Origin: Reclinomonas americana ATCC 50394
Taxonomy: Eukaryota
Length of the DNA: 44,891 bases
Assembly (NCBI GenBank): GCA_048213135.1
Contig: PS015322.1
Span: forward strand, 8,172-53,062
Direction: 5' to 3'
Part shown: in pieces, positions 36,542-44,891 of the stretch
Position numbering within the stretch: position 1 is the stretch's first letter
How the letters are laid out: every line of letters begins with the position of its first letter
The notes under the pieces: generated by a model
Database searches by the model: none
Seen by the model: only the letters and a program-made list of their open reading frames with translations
What the model was told of the DNA's origin: nothing
Program-made: the position numbers and the translations under genes

Positions 36542-37032
36542 AGGGGGTGGTGGTGGAAGGGGAGAGAGAAGGAAAGGGGGTGGACGGAAAGAAAGAGAGA
36601 GCGAAGGAAGGGGGGAGCAGGCTTGTTTAAGGAACGAGTGACGGGAGAGAGTGTATGCAGACATGCGCGTTATGTGTGTCTGCGTGCATGGTGATTTTTG
36701 TGTGTTCGATTTTGCTGACTCGAGTAAAATGGGATTGTGTTCTGCAAGGCGAGGAGTGAGAAACGGAAAAAGCATTCAGTGCAATTGTGCGGGTTCGAGC
36801 GTATAAACGATTGGGAGTCAATAAGCAAGGGGAACGTTCCTTGTACACGGGCTGTAGTCCTATGCAACGCAAGTGTGCTTATATCCAGTGCTGCGGTCGT
36901 CGTCTTTGTCGCTATTTTTGTTGTTACTGTGGCTGAGCACAATACTGCTGGCCTCTTACACACTGTGACGACAACTTCATTCGCCAATAAACACGCACAT
37001 CGGCACGTCTCCTTCATATGACTCTGCCTACC

Positions 37033-40000
37033 TCACGGATCCCACTTCGCATCCCGCTTCTGCCTCTTCCTCTCCGGCTCGTCGGGACGCGGCGCCGCAG
37101 ACCTCCCCAAATTAACGGCGGCGTACGACTGCGACACATTGTGCGGGGCAGTGGTGTACCACGGCCGCGACAGCTCGCCATCAAAGCGCGCAGGAGACCG
37201 GCCAGTGGTGCTCCCAGTGCCCGAGGCAGCACCACCACCACCAGCGCCACCTACAGCACCACCGGAGCCCATGGCCACATCGTAGGCTCGCTTGCTGCCG
37301 GCGGAAGGCTCATCGGCACGCGGTGGCGATGAGCTGCGCGACATGAGCGTCGGCGGCACGGTCTCCATGTGCGGATCGTTGTGGAGCGAGTCGCGGAACA
37401 GGCTGCGCTGTTGTGCCTGTTGCGCCTGCTGCATCTTTTGAAGCTGCAGCTGGTGCAGCAGCTCCAGGTCCAGCGAGTTGGACGACAGGCTGCGGTGGAG
37501 CGGTGGTGGACGGACCGGTGGCCGCAGTGACGAGGTGGTTGTAGTCGTCACGGAGGTGGTGGTCGCGCCATTCAAAGACACAACCGAGTGGCCACTCTCG
37601 CTGTCCGAGTCCGCTTGCCCTCGCCGACGGCGGGCCTGTGAGAAAGGAGAACACATGGTAAGAATNNNNNNNNNNNNNNNNNNNNNNNNNNNNNNNNNNN
37701 NNNNNNNNNNNNNNNNNNNNNNNNNNNNNNNNNNNNNNNNNNNNNNNNNNNNNNNNNNNNNNNNNNNNNNNNNNNNNNNNNNNNNNNNNNNNNNNNNNNN
37801 NNNNNNNNNNNNNNNNNNNNNNNNNNNNNNNNNNNNNNNNNNNNNNNNNNNNNNNNNNNNNNNNNNNNNNNNNNNNNNNNNNNNNNNNNNNNNNNNNNNN
37901 NNNNNNNNNNNNNNNNNNNNNNNNNNNNNNNNNNNNNNNNNNNNNNNNNNNNNNNNNNNNNNNNNNNNNNNNNNNNNNNNNNNNNNNNNNNNNNNNNNNN
38001 NNNNNNNNNNNNNNNNNNNNNNNNNNNNNNNNNNNNNNNNNNNNNNNNNNNNNNNNNNNNNNNNNNNNNNNNNNNNNNNNNNNNNNNNNNNNNNNNNNNN
38101 NNNNNNNNNNNNNNNNNNNNNNNNNNNNNNNNNNNNNNNNNNNNNNNNNNNNNNNNNNNNNNNNNNNNNNNNNNNNNNNNNNNNNNNNNCGACAGGACTG
38201 TGAAGGGGAGGGAAAAGTAGACACACAGATCCAGTGAGGGGCGAAGGAAGACGGAAGGAGAGACTGAGAGTGAAACAAGCAGGAGAGGTACAATGAAGAG
38301 AACATGAGAGAAAAACAAACAGACAGACAGATAATTCGAAGGGGGAAAGCAGGCAGAGAGAGAGAGAGAGAAACAAACAAGAGAGGTAGAATGAAGAGAA
38401 CATGAGAGAAATACAAACAGACAGACAGATAATTGAAGGCAGGCAGAGAGAGTGAAAGAAGCAAGAGAGGGAGAAGAAAGAGAACATGAGAGAAAAACAA
38501 GCAGACAGACAGACAGACAAGTAGGCAGACAGGCAGAGAGAGAAAGAGACAGACTAAGAGAGCAGTGTTGACCACATTCTCCCACCCTCAAACAAACCTC
38601 CGAAATCTGCAGCGGCCTGTAATGCGTGCGGAAACCGGGCGACACTTGCGTGAAACCGCGCGCGCTGAACGTCGGCTGCGCCTCTCGCGACTGGTGCTCC
38701 TCGGCAAGATCGCATACCTCGGCCGCCGGTGCCGCTGGTGGCGGGGGCGGTGGTGGTGGAGGCGGAGGAGGAGGAGCTTGGAGTTGCGGTGGCACGTCCG
38801 TCGTCTCCGTGCGGTGAGAGGCGCCAGCAACCGACGATGCAGCATGCGACGCATGACCGTTTGTGGGCGTTTGGCGTGTTGTGTTTTCCGGAAGCGACGA
38901 ACGGCGGAACCACTTGCGTCCACCACCAACACCGCCACCATTGCCTCCTCCACCACCAGCGGCAGCACTTGCGGCCTCGACCAACTGCGATGCCACTGTG
39001 GTCTGCGGCGGTTGGCCAGGGAGCACGATTTGCCAGTTGCGCATGACAGGACGGCCACTCGCCGCCGCCGCTGCTGAACCCTGCGACACCCAAGCAGAAG
39101 TGAGTGAGCCAATCTATTCGTATGTGGCGATCATGCGACGAGCACAAGACGCACCAGAGCCGCATCGTCGGTTCCACGCGCACCGTGTCGAGGCTCGTGT
39201 GGGATCGTGTAGGGGCGGTATCGTGCTTCTTGCTGCGGTGTGAGCACGTCCTTGATGCCGACGCCTTCGGCAGTGGGCACGGCGATCGATGGCTGGGGGT
39301 AGGTGAAGAAGCATGTGAGTCAGGAAAGAAAGAGAAATGGGAAGAGAAAGGTTGCAACTGGGAGAATAAGAGGAACTACGGTGGCAAATGGATTACAAGT
39401 AACAGAAGGAGGGATTCGCGACGGATATGAATGATGAGGAAAGATAAAGAGATGAATGCAGAAGGAAAGGAGTAATGGAAGTGAGAATCAAGAAGAACAG
39501 ATGAGAGAGAAGGGACGAGACTCGAGAATGCGCAAGGAGGAGTAACAATGAGAGAAGAAACAATGAGGCGGGAGAGAGATTCAGGTGAATGCAGATAGAT
39601 CCATACTGAGTAAGGAAGAGGAAAAGGATGGGGACATCGAGTTCCAAGAGAAAAGCAAGTCGGGGACGTGCAAAATTCAGGAAGAGAGGACAACAGGCAG
39701 GAAAGAGAGATGAGGAGAACGGGGAGGTTGAGGAGAGAAACGACCCGATGGAAGACGACAGTCTTCTTCAACTTCTCCATCCTCCCACTCACCGGCCGAC
39801 CATCACCGCGACCACTCGCTGCTGCTTCCGCGGGCGCTGATGCCGACCCGTCACCCGAGCGCTGTGACAAACAAGTGAGGCTACGATGTAAGAAGCTCAT
39901 ACTTCGGCGACACACCGCACCTCATGCGGCGGCGAGCCGAGCTTGCCAGTGCGCTGTGTGGTGCGCACGGGCACAGAGGGTCCGAGGTGGGACGGAAACG

Positions 40001-43000
40001 TCGCAGGATCATGAGCCTCCGCACCTGGTCCGCGTTGTCGTTGGGCTTGCGAGCGGGCCTTGTAGTGCAGGACAAAGGCGACCGGCGCTTGTGGACCGGG
40101 AGTCACTGAACACCGCGGGTCAGCGATATTACTCCCCCTTTCCTTGCGACCCTCAGACTCTCACCCGATCCATTTCCATCGTGAGCTCCGGGTTTCGACA
40201 AGTCGATGCACGTGCTCGGCATGCCGTCGACTCCACACATTTCGGTGACGGGCGATGCTCGTGCACTGGCCGCTGCCTGCGCTGATGGACCGTCGATGGC
40301 CGGCGTCATTCCTCCTTCCTCCCCTCCGTCTCCGTCGCGCTTCCCGTCGGCAGAGGGCAGTTCACTGTCATCCACGTCCATTTGCGCCGCGCCCGGACCA
40401 TGTTCCGCTGCGCGCAGGAAGTCAGCACAATCGGTGCATGAACCAACAGAGAAGTGAGTGTGCGTGCCTTCGCGTCGCGCTTTTCGCGCTGCTCGCCGAG
40501 CGGCCTCCCGTCGCTGCACGCGTGCCACGGTGTCCTTTTGGTGCGCGAGTGGGCGTGTCGGGTCGATTTTTTCAGCTGCGTCACAGAGGGGAAGGGAGAG
40601 CAGGGGAGAGGGAGGGAAAGAAGGGAAAGGGAAGTGAGAAGTAGATGAGGGATGGGGGTGACAAACAACAGCAACGAAAGGGAGGAGAACAACGGAATGA
40701 AGAAAACGGGAGGAAGTGAGGATTACCGTGAGATGACAAGGAAAGGACGACAAACGAGAAGAGGGAAGCGCATGAATGAGAATAAGAGATCGACAAATGT
40801 TGTTGAGAGTGGGTTGACAAACAATTGCACATATGAGAGCGAGATATGGAGGCTGACAAAGTGGATACCGTTATAAGAAACAGGGGACGGCAAACAAGAA
40901 GTGCGAACGGGAGTGCAGAGAAGTAACGAACAAGAAAAAAGAGACAAGATAAAGCTGGAAGAAAGAGGAAAAGTAAATGAGAGACAATGGTCAACAACAG
41001 CAGCGAACAGGCGCGTGAAGAAGAGAACAATATGGTGGAGGAAACTCGAGAGACGAGAAAACAACAATCGACAAGAACTTGCGGCACCTCACCTGTCATG
41101 AACAAGTCGAAAATGGAGAGAGCGTACTTGTGGGTCAGCAGCTTGCAGAACTGCACTCCGAGATTGTTGACCTTGTGTTTGTCGTTGGCTGGGCTGTAGA
41201 TGGTGATGCCGAGCACTTTGGGGACGACGACCATGACCACGCCGGTTTTTGAGCTGCGGGAGAAATCGATGAGGCACAGAGAGATGAGAGGAATGAGGCA
41301 CAGAGAGGTGAGAGGAATGAGGCACAGAGAGACGAGAGGAATGAGGTACAGAGAGACGAGAGGAAGGAGGCACAGAGAGACGAGGCAAAGAGAGACGAGA
41401 GGAAGGAGGCACAGAGAGACGAGGCAAAGAGAGACGAGAGGAACGAGAGGTAAGAGGAAAGAGGCACAGAGAGATGAGATGAACGAGGCACAGAGAGGTG
41501 AGAGGAATGAAGCACAGAGAGACGAGAGGAATGAGGCACAGAGAGACGAGGCACAGAGAGACGAGGCACAGAGAGACGAGAGGAATGAGGCACACAGACA
41601 AGAGAGAGATACCGTCGAACGAGTAACGTCCCCTGTGTTTCACATACCTCTTGCCGGGAAGACCCACGGTGGACGACCAGTCGCCCGCACCGTGCGCGTC
41701 CAGCCGAAAGTCGAGCATACCGCACGTGTACATCAGCTGCACAACACAAACACATGCGAGCTCAACAAAAGGGCGCTTGGGAAAAAANNNNNNNNNNNNN
41801 NNNNNNNNNNNNNNNNNNNNNNNNNNNNNNNNNNNNNNNNNNNNNNNNNNNNNNNNNNNNNNNNNNNNNNNNNNNNNNNNNNNNCACAGCTGTGTGGCCG
41901 CGGGAACGCAACGACCAACATATCCTTCACCGACGAGTAGTTGACGCACGACTTGCCCGAGAGAGGACATACACCGCCGTTGGCAAGAGTGGCGGCCAGC
42001 ACACTCAGATGTGGCGTCGTCAAAAGCACCGAGTAGAGCTGGTAGAACAGATCGAGCGCGTCGAGCACATTGGTGTCGTGTGGAAACGCGTTGATCTCCT
42101 TCATGTGATAGCAAATGGCGTGCTTAATGGACGATTGACCCTGCATGTGCAGTGTGTGAGAGAGAGACGTGCACAGCAGCAGGAACAAAAATGAGCGTCT
42201 CACACCTTTTCTTGCAAGAAGGTCGGCACGTCGACATGCACGCGCGGACCACCGGCCATGGCGCGCACAATGTCGAGACAGGCGGCGAGTCGTTCTTGCG
42301 GGGCCTTGTCGCGGAAGAGGATGCCTGTGTGCGGGGAAAGGGATTGGAAGGGAGAAAGAAGAGAAGAGAAGACTGAGGAAGCAGAATAGGGTCAAAGAAC
42401 ACAGAGGACTGACTCACCTGCAAGGCACAGGGCGCCAGCGTCAATCAGAGGATTATACGGCTTGCGGTTGCGATCTAGTTGGAAATTTTTGTCGCCTGCA
42501 CGAGGAGACGTGAGCAACAAAAGATTGCACAATCGGTCATTAAATGCCTGTTCTCTCCCTCTCTCTCTCGTTCTCTCTGCTTGTAGATCTCGGCCGTCAA
42601 GACATCTCAATCATGTTGACTGTTACTCTCCCTCCTTCCCCTCCCGTTCCCCTTCGCCCCACCACGCACCAGTATACTGGCACGGCTCGACGCCACAATA
42701 GCGCAGCACCGTGGCGGCACCGAGATGGTGGTGCGCCAGCAAATAAATAATTAGTTTACAAATGCCGGCGACGTAGAATTCCTCTTCTGAGTCGCCGAGA
42801 TTGAAGCGCTGTCCATCTGACACACGCGGGGCGAACGGCGAGGTGAGGCGGGTGGGATGGAGGGGAGATGGCGAGATACACACGCACCTACTGTACACAC
42901 GGACACCGCCAGCTTCCCATCCGGATTCAGACTCTGCAACTCCTCGTAAATGGCCGAAATGCTTTCGCAGAATTCGCGAAAGTCGGGGATGGCTGTACGA

Positions 43001-44003
43001 GGGGATGGGAAAGGGGAGTAAGAGAAACAGAGGGCATGGAGAGGGTTGCACGAAATGAGAGGGCAGAACAATAAGAGCGCGTGAAGGATCTCGCAAGGTG
43101 CGAGGCTGAGAACGATCTCAGAGACGACAACAGGGCAGAGAACGATGCCAAAGGTGGAATCGCAGATGAAAGCGGAGAAGGAGAACAATAAAGAGTGTAC
43201 AAAGAGAGGGCTCAGAGAGCGGAGAACGACCGGAGCGAAGGAAACAGCAACGGAGTCAATCAGCCAGTTACGCACCCAGCCGGCCCTTGAGCGCGCGAGT
43301 CAACAGACTCAACCGAGTGGCATTCGAATGTGACGCGCCCGTGTGCTGGGAGAGCGCGTAGAATCTGCAGAGTGCGGTGAGTGAGAAATGATCTGCCCCA
43401 TTCAATCATGGATATCGGGATGCATGGTCTCCTCTGTGGACTAGATGCGTCGAATAGGCTGGGCATCTGTCGTCTCTGTGCGTGGCTCTCCGTCTTGGGT
43501 TTATCTCGCTCTGTGCTCTCCTTCTCTCGCGGCTCACTGTTCTTTCGTCTGTCGCCGTATGAACACTCGCTGCCTCTCCTGCTGTTGTACATCTACTTCT
43601 CTCCTTCTGTGCGCGTCTTTCGTCCAATCAACCCATTCTCTGTGGCTCTGTCGAACAGGCGGCAAACTTCTCGGTCCGTGATTGTCTCTGCCCCAGTCAT
43701 CCCACGTGTCTCCTCCCCTTCTGCGTCCGTGCTCTTGTTCCGCGCGGTTCTCTCGTTCTGCCCTGCTGCCGTCTGTGTATGTCCTTCCCTCCTTCGGCGT
43801 CTCTCTCGATCTGTCGACCTGCACCCTGCTGCTCCTATCGCTAGTGCGCATCTCACAGCCCACTCTAATTTGCTCCATGTCCAGCGCTTGCGACGCAACG
43901 TATTGAAGTCCAACTCGCCGCTTCCCAGCTGCCCGTGCAGGTCGCGCAGCACCGAGATCTCGTCCACATTGAGACCGGCTTCTGATAATCGCGCTCGCAC
44001 GTC
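37033..44003 (-). CDS. Glutaminase-family (GLS-like) protein with N-terminal EF-hand-like region, degenerate active site and long disordered C-terminal tail; 5' partial
   Basis: Spliced sequence LDFNT|FYAL…LLTRALKGRL|AIPDFREF…AVSVCTV|DGQRFNLGD…GVEP, KPYNPLIDAGAL, LAATLANGGVCPLSG, LMYTCGM…VGLPGKS, VVVPKVLGITIYSP…NNLGVQFC is collinear with kidney-type glutaminase. The glutaminase domain spans about 41090-43365; linkage of the tail exons to the stop at 37033 is frame-consistent but crosses a gap. Confidence 0.85.
38286..38520. repeat. Three ~90-100-bp intronic tandem copies (gaagagaacatgagagaaa.acaa.cagacagacaga)
   Basis: Core at about 38295, 38393 and 38478. Confidence 0.8.
41269..41600. repeat. 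Intronic minisatellite (gaggcacagagagacgagaggaat)n, 15-24-nt units
   Basis: Directly visible between two glutaminase exons. Confidence 0.9.
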
Positions 44004-44835
44004 CTACGCCGAAAAGGAACGTTGAGAGACGGCGAGAAGAGAGAAGGAAGGAGAGGAGAAGAGGAAAAGTCGAGCAGGTGAAAGGAGAAGAACGGAGAGG
44101 AACGCAGAGGCAACGACAGCGAGAAGGCCAGAGGATTGGAGAAAGGTAGAGAAGCCGAAGAGATCTGAGAAGAGAAGAGGAAGAGAGCACCTGAAGGTGA
44201 AAAGAGCGGGGGAGAAGCCAAGGCGAGCAGAGGTGAGAAGAGGAGGTGGAGGAGGATAAGGAGAAGAGCAGAGCAGAAGAGGAGAACTGCTGAGGAGACA
44301 GAGGAGGAGAAGGAGGAGGGGGAGGAGAAGAAGAAGAAAACAGAAGAACAGATCAGGAGAAGAAGAGGAGGAGAAGAGCAGCGAAGAGAAGGATGACAGC
44401 AGAGAAGAACAGCTGAGAGGCAGAAGAGGAGAAGGAGGAGGAGGAGAAGAAGAAGAAGAACAGAGCAGGAGAAGAGCAGTGGAGATCAGAGGAGAATGAG
44501 AGAAGAGAAGTGGAGAACAGGAGCAGATGGGCACAGGAAAGGATGAGTAGACCAGGTGAGAGGGAGAAGAGAATGAGATGAGAGGGAGAGAGAAGAGAAG
44601 GCGAGAAGAGGAGCAGAAGAGCATAGGAAAGGAGAGGAGAAGAAGATAAGAAGACCAGCAGAAGATGAGAGGAGAATGATGAGAGGGAGAGGGATGAGAA
44701 GAGCAGAAGGGCACACGAACAAGAGGAGAAAGTGAGAAGATATAATAAGAGAAGAAGAGAGCACAAGATTGACATTTGAGTCTGACAATCACAATCATCA
44801 CAATCACACATGCTCACACACACTCCACTCAACAC

Positions 44836-44878
<43 letters not shown>

Positions 44879-44891
44879 ACTACTACTACCT

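Noticed and set aside
29785-36775. Long antisense and alternate-frame ORFs over the FN3 gene
   Set aside because: Expected shadows of GC-rich, biased codon usage; no recognisable domains.
41269-41600. Regular short repeats resembling a CRISPR array
   Set aside because: No unique spacers, eukaryotic intron context, no cas genes.
43630-43690. Exon-like peptide ETITDREVCRLFDRATENGL inside a glutaminase intron, a possible mutually exclusive exon
   Set aside because: Its splice phases do not fit the flanking exons; the exon at ~43275-43365 fits both the phases and the homology.
44868-44888. (CTA)n at the window end as a telomere
   Set aside because: Short trinucleotide microsatellite adjoining (CT)n, probably intronic in the glutaminase-like gene.
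1-44891. Alternative genetic code or stop-codon readthrough
   Set aside because: Conserved exons have no in-frame stops once introns are removed, and genes end at TGA or TAG.
1-44891. Introner-like repeated introns explaining the shared donor motif; snRNA or tRNA genes
   Set aside because: GTTGCG introns share no visible similarity beyond the first 6-7 nt, and no U1, U6 or tRNA signature was recognised by eye.

Overview
Gene-dense eukaryotic DNA, probably from a protist (inference). It is intron-rich, GC-rich in exons, full of (GA/CT)n and (CTCA)n microsatellites, and has several N gaps. Manual splicing with reading-frame checks gives seven genes. (1) A 3'-partial PH-like/coiled-coil protein (-). 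(2) A Crinkler/RHS-type P-loop NTPase plus restriction-endonuclease-like protein (-). (3) A degenerate RhoGAP-like + SH3 + Pro-rich + coiled-coil protein (+). (4) DNA polymerase kappa with two UBZ fingers (-). (5) pICln (-). (6) A 2377-aa secreted, probably GPI-anchored fibronectin-III surface protein (+). (7) A glutaminase-fold protein that has lost its catalytic Ser (-). The most striking signal is a second, very common class of 5' splice site, GTTGCG (about 23 candidate donors in six of the seven genes). It is the usual GTGCG motif displaced by one nucleotide and mostly lacks the exonic -1 G, which suggests routine use of a shifted snRNA pairing register or a variant U1/U6. All family assignments come from motif recognition by eye; no searches were run.
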